Shown: positions 19,945 to 30,365, numbered from the stretch's first letter. The stretch: 64,000 bases of DNA from an uncultured bacterium (GCA_964619725.1 CAZUFC010000005.1:64001-128000); one strand, 5' to 3'. Notes: a model not told the origin generated them from the letters alone. Translations and numbers: made by a program.

Positions 19945-21357
19945 ATGAAAGGGGAGACCCTTCCTGAAGAGCTTCAGGAAATTCGTTCTTTTTTGCCTGA
20001 GATGATAGGCAGACTGGAGCAGCGTCTGCCTTACGTCTCAGCATTGGTTACCGAGGAGCGGGGATCGATATTGAATATTGATACGCGTCAGGAGAGGATA
20101 ATGGAAAAAGCGCCGCAACGGGGTATTGTCTTTACTTTGTTCAACGGCAGGTTTTTTCAGGAATGGGCGACTGACAGGCTCGAAGAGGACTTTTTAAAAG
20201 ACAAGACGGATGAAATGTGTGGTTTGTTCGAAAAAATGGAGGATATGGAGCCGCGTTTTGAAGTAAAGACGGGGGAGGAAAAGGACGAGCATTACGATTC
20301 GGAATTCGAGACAGACCCTGATGACGTAAAGTTGGAGGAGATGGTGACGGCGTGCCGCGATTTAATCGGCACGGTCGAATCCATGGAGCCCCGTATCGCC
20401 AATACGACGGTAAGTTATCACGACGGCAAGGAATACAAGATATTTGCGAACAGGAAAAAGCTCCTGTCAAGTTCTTTGACCACATGCGGAATTCGATTGG
20501 TAGTGATAGGGACGCACAAGAAGCGGACCCGGATGAATTTTATCGGATCGGGCGGCGTCGCAGGATTCGAAGCGATAAAGTTTAAAAAAGAATCTTTGCA
20601 GGAAATGATTGATGATTTGAACCTGTTGTTTGAAAGCGAACCGCCCGCGCCGGGAATTTATGACGTCATATCTTCCCCTGAAGTAAGCGGAATTCTGGCG
20701 CATGAAGCTTTCGGACATGGCGTCGAAACCGACATGATGGTCAAGAAACGTTCTCGCGCTGCTTCTTATATGAACAAACGGGTTGCATCTTCTCTGGTCG
20801 ATATGATTGACGACCCGTCGCTGAAAGGTTTAAACGGCAGTTACTTTTTTGATGATGAAGGCCAGATAGCCCGTCCCACGGTGATTATCAAAAACGGCGT
20901 ATTGAAAAGGGGATTGACGGATTTGAGGTCAGCCATGGAAATGGGATTGGAAAGATCAGCCAACGGCAGACGGGAAAGCTTCGAAAGAAAAATATATGCC
21001 CGGATGTCCAATACTTTTTTCGATTCCGGCGAATCGAGTTTCGAGGAGATGCTTGGTGACACAGACTACGGATTATATCTGAAAAAATCCAGCAGCGGCA
21101 TGGAGGACCCTCAGGGTTGGGGCATACAGGTCGGCATCAATCTCGCCCGTGAAATTAAAAACGGCAAGCTGACTTCCCGGGTTTACTCGCCGCTTACGAT
21201 GACTGGATATGTTCCTGATTTATTGCAGTCCGTTACGCATGTAGGGAACAGGGTTGAATTTGCCGGCATGGGAGGAACCTGCGGCAAGGGGCACAAGGAG
21301 CTGGTAAGGGTCAGCGCCGGCGGACCCCACTTGCGTTTCAAAGTGAGGTTGGGATAA
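19945..21357 (+). CDS. tldD: TldD metalloprotease subunit (cytoplasmic)
   Basis: HEAFGHGVE, DDEG, NGRRE, RMSNTF, CGKG. Confidence 0.92.
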   Translation: MKGETLPEELQEIRSFLPEMIGRLEQRLPYVSALVTEERGSILNIDTRQERIMEKAPQRGIVFTLFNGRFFQEWATDRLEEDFLKDKTDEMCGLFEKMEDMEPRFEVKTGEEKDEHYDSEFETDPDDVKLEEMVTACRDLIGTVESMEPRIANTTVSYHDGKEYKIFANRKKLLSSSLTTCGIRLVVIGTHKKRTRMNFIGSGGVAGFEAIKFKKESLQEMIDDLNLLFESEPPAPGIYDVISSPEVSGILAHEAFGHGVETDMMVKKRSRAASYMNKRVASSLVDMIDDPSLKGLNGSYFFDDEGQIARPTVIIKNGVLKRGLTDLRSAMEMGLERSANGRRESFERKIYARMSNTFFDSGESSFEEMLGDTDYGLYLKKSSSGMEDPQGWGIQVGINLAREIKNGKLTSRVYSPLTMTGYVPDLLQSVTHVGNRVEFAGMGGTCGKGHKELVRVSAGGPHLRFKVRLG

Positions 21358-22679
21358 TGGACAGGATTTTAAATGCTCTTGAGAGGCGTTCTGAGATATC
21401 CGCCTGGCGGATCGTTCATAAAAAAACGACGAAATATCAGCTTTACGTTATCGGTAATCTTCTGGACAATATCCGCAAAGTGGTTACGAATAAGTATCAC
21501 GTAACCGTATATTGCGATCATGATAAATTCAGGGGCGACACAACTATTACTCTGTTTGAAAACGACCTGGACAGAATAGAAGATAGATTATTGCAGGCGA
21601 TATTTATAGCTTCCAGAATAAATAATCCTGGGTATGAGTTGCCTGGTCCGGCTGATTATCCTTTTGTGGAGTGTTTTGATCCGACATTGCTGGGAGATGT
21701 TGAGGAAATACTGTTTATGAAACTGGCAGACCGTCTGATCGAAGCTGTTGAGCAGGAGAAAGACGTGCGGCTTTCCAGTTCCGAATATTTTCTGGACCTG
21801 AATCAATTCAGGCTGAGGAACAGCAAAGGCATTGATTTAGAATTCAATCAAACCGAAATATTTTTCGACGGCGTTTTGCTTTCAGGTCGGGGAGAGAGGG
21901 AAGTGGAAATACATTTTGAGCCCAGGGCCAGAAGGCTGCAGGACCTGCCCATAGAATCCATCATTAGAACCCATGCGCAATTCGCCCGGGACAGCGTTCA
22001 TGCGGAACTTCCTGCAAGCGGTCAGTATCCTGTGGCGCTGTCGGGAGAAGCATTGTCGAATATCTTCTGGGCATTGATACATCATACGTCCGCTGCTGCC
22101 CAATATCGCCGGACATCAAGCTTTGAATTAAACGATTCTGTCTATTCAACAGGAAAACCGAAGGGTGAGCCGATAACACTGATAAGCAACGGTTACTTTC
22201 CATTCGGCCTACAGACCACGCCGGCTGACCCTGACGGCGTTCCGGCGGGCAGGCATGAACTGATCCGTGAAGGATGTTTTAAAAAAGCCTGGAGTCCCAA
22301 ACAGTATGCGGATTATCTTGATATAGAGGCGACAGGTCACCTGGCCAACCTGGAAATACCTATCGGACCGACCTCCAGAAATGACCTGCTGACTCAAAAC
22401 GGCCCTGTCCTTCAAATCGTCCTCTTTTCAGGACTGCTTCCCGATCCGGTGTCAGGAGGTTTCGCCGGCGAAATAAAACTGGGTTACGAATACAATAAAG
22501 GGAAAATTACTCCCGTCAAAGGCGGTTCAGTCAGCGGAAATTTTATTTCCGGCTTTGAAAACGCTTACTTCTCTACAGAATCTCGCTCAGGTTACTACGC
22601 TCAGTCCATGGACCGGTTCGGCACTTATCACGGTCCTGATGCGATAAGGTTTGAAACGTTTCAGGTCAGCGGCAAGTGA
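21357..22679 (+). CDS. tldE: TldE/PmbA family subunit
   Basis: Translationally coupled (TAATG) to tldD; NSKG, DPDGVP, PVKGGSVSGN; no HExxxH. Confidence 0.8.
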   Translation: MDRILNALERRSEISAWRIVHKKTTKYQLYVIGNLLDNIRKVVTNKYHVTVYCDHDKFRGDTTITLFENDLDRIEDRLLQAIFIASRINNPGYELPGPADYPFVECFDPTLLGDVEEILFMKLADRLIEAVEQEKDVRLSSSEYFLDLNQFRLRNSKGIDLEFNQTEIFFDGVLLSGRGEREVEIHFEPRARRLQDLPIESIIRTHAQFARDSVHAELPASGQYPVALSGEALSNIFWALIHHTSAAAQYRRTSSFELNDSVYSTGKPKGEPITLISNGYFPFGLQTTPADPDGVPAGRHELIREGCFKKAWSPKQYADYLDIEATGHLANLEIPIGPTSRNDLLTQNGPVLQIVLFSGLLPDPVSGGFAGEIKLGYEYNKGKITPVKGGSVSGNFISGFENAYFSTESRSGYYAQSMDRFGTYHGPDAIRFETFQVSGK

Positions 22680-22983
22680 ATCCGGGCAGCGCCTGTCCAT
22701 AACATCAAATGCTGATTAAAATTTTGTTGCTGCCCTGCCTGTATTTTATTCGGTGAAAGGGTTTGCATGCAAGCTCTGCTTGAGTGCATGTTTTTGACTT
22801 TATAGCTTCAATGAGTTATAAAGCACATATAAAAACTGCTGTCAGCGGTTTTCATTTTGAGGAAGGCTATCGGGTTATACTTTTTCCGTTTCATGGCGGC
22901 AAATGTGGTTCCGTTGGCATATCAACGCAGGGCGATATTTTTTCTTTTATTGCCGGACCAAATGAGGAAATTGAGGGAGAAGG

Positions 22984-23967
22984 ATGCGTATACGTTTTTT
23001 AAAAACAATTATATTTTCGCTGATTTTGACGACATGTTCTGTGGAAGCATGGTGGAATTCAAGCTGGCTGTATCGAAAACCGATAGAGCTGACGAATTCC
23101 GGATCGGCGACGAGTGATCATCAGATAAAGATAATCGTCGATACGGCTTCATTGGTTGCGGCGGGAAAGATGCAATCTGACGGCGATGACATTCGCGTTC
23201 TGGCTGCGGATGATTCGACTCAGCTATCGCTATGGATCGAACCTGGGACAATGAATACGTCCCAAACGGTACTCTGGACGAAAGCGCCCAGTATTCCCAT
23301 GGGCGATTCGACGATTTTTATGTATTACGGGAATGATCAGGCCAGCGGTGTGAGTAATGTTCAAAATGTAGTGATGAGGATCATCGGATCGCTTGATGCA
23401 CTGTATCATTTTGACGGTAATTTCAATGATTTTTCCGGGAACGGACGGCATTTGACCAATCACGGCATCAGTTTTTCAAGCAGCGGAAAGCATGGTCAGT
23501 CATTAAGTCTGGACGGGAACAATGATTATGCCTGGAGCGATGATTGGGTAGATGGGCGCTACAACAACAATAATCCGTGCGGAGGCGATCCATGGAAAGC
23601 CTGGCCGATTACTCTGGCAGCCTGGATAAATCCCGATCAGCAGGCAGGAATGAAGATTATCGCAGACCGTCATTCTGACAGTAATAACTGGCAATACTCG
23701 CTTCAATTGAATTCTAACGGTCAGGCGCAAAGTTGGGTGCATACTTACGGCGGGCCGACTCAACATCATGAGCTGGGTAGTTATTCAACGGGTTCATGGA
23801 ATTTTGCGGCGATGTATTACCGGGACCAATGCCAGAGATATCCTCCGTTAAGGGTATTCCTAAACGGAAGCTACACCGACGAGAGAGGCGGAACCAACGG
23901 ATTGCATTACAATCAGGGAACCAGGTTTCAGATCGGCGATGTAATCCAGAGTGAATTATACATGTAG
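22984..23967 (+). CDS. Secreted DUF2341 plus LamG-like protein, possibly 3'-truncated
   Basis: AWWNSSWLYRKPI, DGDDIRV, LWTKAP, MYYGN (DUF2341); YHFDG, LDGNNDY, TLAAWI (LamG). Confidence 0.75.
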   Translation: MRIRFLKTIIFSLILTTCSVEAWWNSSWLYRKPIELTNSGSATSDHQIKIIVDTASLVAAGKMQSDGDDIRVLAADDSTQLSLWIEPGTMNTSQTVLWTKAPSIPMGDSTIFMYYGNDQASGVSNVQNVVMRIIGSLDALYHFDGNFNDFSGNGRHLTNHGISFSSSGKHGQSLSLDGNNDYAWSDDWVDGRYNNNNPCGGDPWKAWPITLAAWINPDQQAGMKIIADRHSDSNNWQYSLQLNSNGQAQSWVHTYGGPTQHHELGSYSTGSWNFAAMYYRDQCQRYPPLRVFLNGSYTDERGGTNGLHYNQGTRFQIGDVIQSELYM

Positions 23968-24222
23968 TCGTGATCGTGAAATCGTTATCGAAGGATCTTA
24001 TGCTCATAGGTCATGCAGCCGAATCGTGAAAAGCGCAGAAATTTTTTCTTCGACCCGGTTGGCGTTCCGTTGAACGTGAGGGGCCAGAAAAAAACGGGTA
24101 CCGTTTAACAGCTTCTTTTGATCGATGCCTTGGGAACAACGACAGTTGTCCAGTCCGCTTCCGGGAAATAAACGTTTGCAGATTGTTGATATGGATTTTT
24201 TCAGCTCATGTTAATATCGGAG

Positions 24223-25641
24223 TTATGTTTTGGTCCATTCCAGCAAGCCGCGTTCTTTCGGGGTTCCCGGTATCGTATTGTCCAGGATAAAAGCTAATAT
24301 ACCGCCGACGGCCATGCCCGTATTTCCGATTGTGTTGACAATGTCGGCGAGCCATTGGGCTGAGTCCCAGGTCAGCGGATTATTTGCAAAGTATTGGGGA
24401 AGACTCAATCCCATGAAGAAAGAGAATCCGACAATGAAGAGATTACGAGGTGAATTCAAGTCGACGAACTGCAGATTCGAAATGCCGACGGCTACGATCA
24501 TTCCAAACAGGGCACAATACTTTCCGCCGACGATGGGCTTGGGTATCGTTGTAAAAATAGCGCCGAATTTGGCGACGGCGCCGAAGAAAATCATCAGAAC
24601 AGCGCCGGACTTCACTACCCTCCTGGATGCGATCCGGGTTAATCCGATAGCACCGATATTTTCAGAATAGGACGTGGTGCCGTTCCCGGTTCCCATAATG
24701 CCGGCAAAAAGGCTGCCTAAACCTTCCATGCCTATTCCTTTGCTGATGACTTTTTCCGATGGATTAGGCGCCTGGGACATTCTGGCGCAGGCGTAGTAAT
24801 CGCCTACGGATTCAATCATGGAGGCGATATAACCTGAAATGATTCCGACGAATCCCGCAAAAGTGAAAACCGGCCATCCCCATTGAAAGGGATAAGGGAT
24901 TCGGAACCACGAAGACTGAACGACGCATTCCAGGTCGACGAATGACGGATCGCCCGGCTGAAAGAAACCGGTAACGCTCCCGATCATGGCTATCAGCCAG
25001 CTCAATGCAATGGCGATCAAAACCGGGAACATCTCAAAGTAACGATGTACCCTTCTCATATACTGAGCGAAAAGGATAATCAAAACAATGGTTAAACCGC
25101 CGATACGCCAGTCTTTTCCGGCATCGGGAGCGCCGAATTGAAACAGCGTCAATCCTATCAGGGCTATCGTCGGCGCGATGGTAATAGGGCCGATCCGTTT
25201 TTTCAGTTTGCCTATTAGTCCGGAATACCCGAAAAGTATCTCAAAAAAAGCGCCGGAAATGACGGCTCCCTGCACATGCTGCATTCGCACTTCCCATCCG
25301 GCGGTCTTCAAGGCCGCAGAAGAACAAATGGCAATAGCCGGCGCCAGAAGGGCAAATGTTCCGCCCTGGATGATAGGAAGCCTGTTTCCCCAGGTAATCT
25401 GCATTATGGTGGTTATTCCTGACACGAAAAACATAGTGGCGATCAATTTGGCCAAATCGTGAGGATCGTTTATTCCCAGAGGTCCGGAAAGAATCAGAGG
25501 TATGGAAACAGTCGCTCCAAACATCGTCAGATAATGCTGCAAACCCAGGAAAAGACTCTGAGCAAACGGCGGTTTATCGTCGATCGTGTAAATCATGCCG
25601 GATGATTTTACTTCTGCTCCTGAAGTATCTTTCTTCATCAT
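24223..25641 (-). CDS. NCS2/NAT-family nucleobase permease
   Basis: GLQH motif and NAT signature ENIGAIGLTR; multiple TM segments. Confidence 0.92.
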   Translation of the reverse strand: MMKKDTSGAEVKSSGMIYTIDDKPPFAQSLFLGLQHYLTMFGATVSIPLILSGPLGINDPHDLAKLIATMFFVSGITTIMQITWGNRLPIIQGGTFALLAPAIAICSSAALKTAGWEVRMQHVQGAVISGAFFEILFGYSGLIGKLKKRIGPITIAPTIALIGLTLFQFGAPDAGKDWRIGGLTIVLIILFAQYMRRVHRYFEMFPVLIAIALSWLIAMIGSVTGFFQPGDPSFVDLECVVQSSWFRIPYPFQWGWPVFTFAGFVGIISGYIASMIESVGDYYACARMSQAPNPSEKVISKGIGMEGLGSLFAGIMGTGNGTTSYSENIGAIGLTRIASRRVVKSGAVLMIFFGAVAKFGAIFTTIPKPIVGGKYCALFGMIVAVGISNLQFVDLNSPRNLFIVGFSFFMGLSLPQYFANNPLTWDSAQWLADIVNTIGNTGMAVGGILAFILDNTIPGTPKERGLLEWTKT

Positions 25642-25797
25642 TCTTGTCTCCTGTGGAGGTTCAAGGTTATTATGCGAGAGTTGTCATTAACAGTCAACGG
25701 TTTTTTCTTTTTTTACATTTTGTTATAATAGAAAAAGTAAAGACAGGATTGAGGCATGCATGCTTGCTTGCAGTGATTGATGCAAAGGAGGCGAACA

Positions 25798-27936
25798 ATG
25801 AGAACAGTTAGCTTTTTTAATGCAGGCGTATTTTTCAGCGCCGTCGTCGTTTTTTTGATCATCATGCAGAATGCAGGTTATGCCGATAAAGGTGGGTTGG
25901 AAGACAACATGTATGGATTCGTAAGTTATGGAGGCGACGAGAGTCCTCCGCTGGATGATGCGCCGGCGGTCATACGTTCGCTGGGAGCGGGGTGGCTTCA
26001 GTCTGAAGGCCCTGTTACTTTCAGCAGGGGAGCATGCTGGGGATTGATTCAGCCGGAGAATTTGTACGACTTTGATTGGGATACTGTGGAATGGGTAAAT
26101 GCAGCGGCAGCAGAAGGGCTTGGTGTTTTGATGGTCGTTGCTCCGGGCCATGATTCAGCGACAGTCGATAATTACAGTCCCTGGACCGACTGCGGCGGCG
26201 CCGGTCCAGTATGGCCGACGAGCAATTGTCCGCCGGGGGATTACCAGCAATGGTATGAATTCTGTTATGCCGTCGGCGAACATTTTGACGGGGAGCATGG
26301 CGCTCCCCGCATCGATTATTACATGACAACCGGCGAAACGGACGATGTAAATTACTGGCTGGGAAGCGCTGAACAGTACTACGGAGGTTCTGAAGCGACT
26401 GTTGTAACGAGGCGAAACAATATGGGTCAGGTTGAATTGCCCGCTGCGCTGGTCCCTGTGCTGGAACTTGGAATAAAAGATGCGAATCCTGATGCGAAAA
26501 TTGTGGTAGGAGCTTGCACAGCCTGGCGATCATACGCATGGAATCATTTGAAGGATATGATCGACAGCGGCGCTTCTGAGGATGAAGTGACGACGCAGGC
26601 TAAACGATATGGCCTTACCGACTCCTTTGCCCAACTTGTGAACAGGTTGGAAAACGATCCGCTCGTCAGGAGATCGGTGGAATTTCTATGGGCGAGCTTA
26701 TCCATGCCTCAACATTATGATATCTATGGAGCGCATTACTATGCCATGCATGGATATCATGATGCCATTTCCTATCTTCTTGATCAAATGGAGGAATCTG
26801 CCGTCAACAAACCAGTCTGGATGACGGGCGAAGGAAGGCCTTTCTCCGGCGATGCAGCGGGTCATCTGAAAAGCGCGGACCTCCATTTAAGGCGCATAAT
26901 CTATTCGCATGCCCTCGGTCTTGACTGGCACGACGTTTCATTCCTGGTCGACGTCGTTCTTTTTAATTGCTGCGGAATGTACAAGCTGCCTCAGGCCGGC
27001 AGGGATTATCCCGCCAGACGTCCGCTTGCGGATACTTTTCGTCTGATGGCTCACCTGTTCCCCTCAGCCGGTTGCGCTACGCCTCAAGATGTCGAATCTC
27101 CTTATGCTGATACGGAACTTTTTTCCTTTTCCGTTCAGCATCCCGGTACGGGATATGCCGGAGGCGCAGCGGCAGGATGGTGCGAAAACACCTGTCCGGA
27201 ATTTTCGAGTATAGGAATGTGGTGTACTGAAGGTTGTCCGAAGCCGGAAATCGATATCAGCGCTGTTCTGGATATCTCTGACGGAACGGCAGTAACAGTC
27301 CTGGATGCTGCTGGAGAAATCATCGAACATAACGACGACGGATATTGCCCGGTCGTTTTCGATGAGTCTCCATTCGTTGCCGTTTGGGGACCGGACCGTG
27401 ACGGCGATGAGATTCCCGATATACTGGATAATTGTCCTGAAACTTCCAATCAGGATCAAACCAATAATCCGGCAGAACATCTGGAGGGAAACGGGAATCC
27501 GCAAATTCCCGCTCCCGACTGGATCGGCGATGCCTGCGATCCCTGTCCTGACGACGGTCATCCCGATTGCGGTCAAACGTGCGATACGACGGGAGTGGTA
27601 CTATCTATGCCCACTCAATGGTTTACTCCCGGAGACAACTGCTTTTTGACCGCTTCCGTCTGCAACGCATCAACCGCAGACCTGAACGGCAATCCGCTCT
27701 TCGTTATACTGGACGTATACGGCCAATACTGGTTCGCCCCCGGATGGACAGAAACCCCCGACGCCTATTCCCGAAACTATGAACCGGGACTCACCGTCAT
27801 ATCGGTCATCAATCCGTTCCAGTGGCCGCAAAATACGGGAACCGCCGAAAATATTTTCTTTCATGCAGCACTTACCGATCCCGGAATCACTACCATACTG
27901 GGAGAAATGAGCTCCTGGCGCTTCGGATGGGAATGA
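25798..27936 (+). CDS. Secreted clan GH-A-like TIM-barrel protein with TSP3 Ca-binding repeats and shared C-terminal domain (copy 3, ~27586-27936)
   Basis: AAGGAGG RBS; WGLIQP..YDFD, IKDANPDAKIV, DIYGAHYY, KPVWMT; DRDGDEIPDILDNCP..IGDACD; FQWPQNTG..RFGWE-stop. Confidence 0.75.
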   Translation: MRTVSFFNAGVFFSAVVVFLIIMQNAGYADKGGLEDNMYGFVSYGGDESPPLDDAPAVIRSLGAGWLQSEGPVTFSRGACWGLIQPENLYDFDWDTVEWVNAAAAEGLGVLMVVAPGHDSATVDNYSPWTDCGGAGPVWPTSNCPPGDYQQWYEFCYAVGEHFDGEHGAPRIDYYMTTGETDDVNYWLGSAEQYYGGSEATVVTRRNNMGQVELPAALVPVLELGIKDANPDAKIVVGACTAWRSYAWNHLKDMIDSGASEDEVTTQAKRYGLTDSFAQLVNRLENDPLVRRSVEFLWASLSMPQHYDIYGAHYYAMHGYHDAISYLLDQMEESAVNKPVWMTGEGRPFSGDAAGHLKSADLHLRRIIYSHALGLDWHDVSFLVDVVLFNCCGMYKLPQAGRDYPARRPLADTFRLMAHLFPSAGCATPQDVESPYADTELFSFSVQHPGTGYAGGAAAGWCENTCPEFSSIGMWCTEGCPKPEIDISAVLDISDGTAVTVLDAAGEIIEHNDDGYCPVVFDESPFVAVWGPDRDGDEIPDILDNCPETSNQDQTNNPAEHLEGNGNPQIPAPDWIGDACDPCPDDGHPDCGQTCDTTGVVLSMPTQWFTPGDNCFLTASVCNASTADLNGNPLFVILDVYGQYWFAPGWTETPDAYSRNYEPGLTVISVINPFQWPQNTGTAENIFFHAALTDPGITTILGEMSSWRFGWE

Positions 27937-27967
27937 CCGAAAAAATCGTAGTGTTCTATCGGCAGCC

Positions 27968-27993
27968 AAGGGTTTGCGAAGGGCTCTGACCCC
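27968..27993 (-). repeat. Dispersed REP-like repeat GGGGTCAGAGCCCTTCGCAA (copy A)
   Basis: 26-nt reverse-complement identity to 56323-56348. Confidence 0.8.
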
Positions 27994-28226
27994 GGCGGCG
28001 ACCCGCTACTGCGGTCCTTTCCGTCCTTTTAAAAAAATTGGATTTCGACAAGACAGGCTTGGATACGGGGATATCGGAAATACCATTCCAAACGAATTCT
28101 CCTGGCCCGTTATGGGCTGAAACTAAATACAGGGACTGAAATTTCGGTGCGCTCTGCAAAACGAAGAAATAAATTGTATCAGGGGCGATTAGTATATGAT
28201 TGAATTCGGGTAGGGGTTTTAATGAT

Positions 28227-28312
28227 AAGGGACAAAGGGACAAAAGGACCAAAGGACCAAAGGACCTAAGGGACCTAAGGGACCTAAGGGACCTAAGGGA
28301 CTGAAGGGACTT
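28227..28312 (+). repeat. Tandem array of 10 AA(G/A)GGAC(N) units (four 8-mers then six 9-mers)
   Basis: aagggaca x2, aaaggacc x2, aaaggacct, aagggacct x3, aagggactg, aagggactt. Confidence 0.9.
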
Positions 28313-28382
28313 CTGGAATACAAAATCATTTGCACATGCAAAAAACCGTCATCTGAAAATTAACCGTCTTAAGAAAGAAACT

Positions 28383-28799
28383 AAATTTTGGGACTGATCA
28401 AAACGTGGTTATACTTTTTTCAAAACGTTTGACGGTTTGTTTAAGTAATCGGGGTTGGGGTCGGTATCGGGGTCGGGGTTAGGGTCGGGGTCGGGATCGT
28501 CATCGAAACAAAATGATGGGATATTTGAAAGAATTGTAACCTCAAAAGACGCATTTTTGATCAATGCCGGAATTTTTGGACTGATCCTACCGGCGCTGCT
28601 CTTTTCCATAAAACCTTTGACTGATTGTAATCCCCATAAAAAAACTGATTCTCGCCCACAATTATCTGTTTGACCAATTCACTGCTGTTTTTCATCAATG
28701 ACCGTTTTTTTCGATACCGACATCAACCCGCTATTTCCGAAACAAATCGTCAAACGTTTTGAAAAAGGCGAACCCCCGGTTTGGTCAGTCCCAAAATTT
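28383..28799. mobile_element. Non-coding element with ~85-bp imperfect inverted repeats (MITE/REPIN-like)
   Basis: 28383-28469 (AAATTTTGGGACTGA.CAAA..TTTTTCAAAACGTTTGACG.TTTGTT..GTCGGTATCG) is matched in reverse complement at 28712-28799. Confidence 0.55.
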
Positions 28800-28982
28800 T
28801 TGTTCCCTTAAGCCAGGTCGCTCCTTCTTCGCGCAGATTCACGGACGATAAACTCTTCACACAGTGCATCCGGCAGGTCTTTGACGCCGACGAAAACATT
28901 TGTTTATCCAGGAAAGCAGAACGCCTTTCTTCCATCCTGCTGGACGGAAGAAAGGCGTTCTAAGGTTTATGAACCGCTTTTA

Positions 28983-30365
28983 TCAAGGATGCCAGTCGAA
29001 GCTGACGGTGTCCAGCTCGCCGATGATATCGGTAATTTCAGGATTAGTCGCCCCGGCATACCATGTCGCTGTCCCGCTGCCGGCTCCTGAAGGCCACACG
29101 AAGGGGTCCAGCACATTTATCAGCGTTTCTCCGGGGTTCAGGTCGTACGTGTAATGATCGAAGCTGGAAAATGAGGGAGCGAAGAAGTATTCGCCGTACA
29201 CGTCGAGAATGGCGAAAACGGGCGTTTCTTCCATCGTCGTTGCATTGGTATTGCAAAACGTTACGTTGCAGTAGTACTCGTCGCCTGCGCCGAAATCTGT
29301 TTCGGGCAGTTCAATTGAGCAGCCCAGGGTTGAACAGCTCGAAGGTTCTTCGCTGATCACGATCCCTACCGGTGATGCGTTATAACCAGGTTCGGTATTC
29401 AGGTCCACTGAGTCCGCATAGGTTAAACTTTCGCCGCTGACGTCGTATGCATAACATTCATCTTCATTATGCTCCGTGACGTAAATCCGGCTGCCTGCCG
29501 CGTTGACGGCTATTCTTCTCGGATTGCTGGGAATATCGGCTGAAGATACTATCGTCTCGTCGCTCAACCTCATCATGTTCACCACCGCATCAACACCCAG
29601 GTAGTGACCTATGAACAAATATTCGCCGTCAGGCGATATTCCTATGCCTCGAGGCTTCATTTCATCTGTCGTTATGGGCGCCAGCGCCTCGTCGTCCGAT
29701 GTTCTTATCACTTCAATCTGATCCTCCGCCATATTGCTGACGTAAACGCGGCTGTCGTCAGGGGTGATTACCGCATCCTGAAGAGCATATCCGTCGAAGT
29801 CAAGAACGGTCGTTACAGTATTATCAGAGGTCCTCAAAACATAAACGTCCGCATTCTGATAATCCACGATGTAGGCTTTTTCTCCGTCTGAAGTAAAAAC
29901 GATGAAATTAGGACGGCCGCCTATGGATACGGTGTCGACGTAAGCCGCTGTCGAGGCGTTATATATACCTATTTCCCCCGTTTCCTCAAACGTTACGTAT
30001 GCTTGATTCCCGTCCGGCGTGATAGCCGCGCCCATCGGACGGTTTAAAATTATATCCCCAAGGTCGATCGTTGTGATGCTGGTGAATGTCTCCGTGTCGA
30101 TCAGCATTATATATTCCCGTGGTGGGCAAGTCACCCATAAACGCGATCTGTCCGGCGTTATCGCCACCGTGTGCGCATTATCATACAATTGCAGCGTATC
30201 CACTATTTCGAGATCGTCCGCATTCAGCTTCGCCAGAGTCGCCCAATAGGGACTGTCGCCGTGAACATACGAATTCACCACGTAAACATAGTCCTGTGCC
30301 GATACCGACACTACGGTCAACAAGACCGCCGCCGTCATTATCATTATTGCTCTCATTCTCATCAT
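28983..30365 (-). CDS. Secreted YncE/YVTN-type beta-propeller with shared C-terminal domain (copy 4, 28983-~29330)
   Basis: Repeated ITPDG/ISPDG..[YF]V blades; ILDVYGEYFF..FVWPSGAG..SFDWHP-stop. Confidence 0.85.
   Translation of the reverse strand: MMRMRAIMIMTAAVLLTVVSVSAQDYVYVVNSYVHGDSPYWATLAKLNADDLEIVDTLQLYDNAHTVAITPDRSRLWVTCPPREYIMLIDTETFTSITTIDLGDIILNRPMGAAITPDGNQAYVTFEETGEIGIYNASTAAYVDTVSIGGRPNFIVFTSDGEKAYIVDYQNADVYVLRTSDNTVTTVLDFDGYALQDAVITPDDSRVYVSNMAEDQIEVIRTSDDEALAPITTDEMKPRGIGISPDGEYLFIGHYLGVDAVVNMMRLSDETIVSSADIPSNPRRIAVNAAGSRIYVTEHNEDECYAYDVSGESLTYADSVDLNTEPGYNASPVGIVISEEPSSCSTLGCSIELPETDFGAGDEYYCNVTFCNTNATTMEETPVFAILDVYGEYFFAPSFSSFDHYTYDLNPGETLINVLDPFVWPSGAGSGTATWYAGATNPEITDIIGELDTVSFDWHP

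Noticed and set aside
28409-28673. ORFs with DPDPDP / GSGSGS tracts
   Set aside because: These are translations of the hexamer array inside a non-coding repeat; they have no RBS or domain.
27968-28800. CRISPR array in the repeat-rich intergenic region
   Set aside because: Repeats are 6-9-nt tandem units or single dispersed copies. There is no repeat-spacer periodicity and no cas gene.
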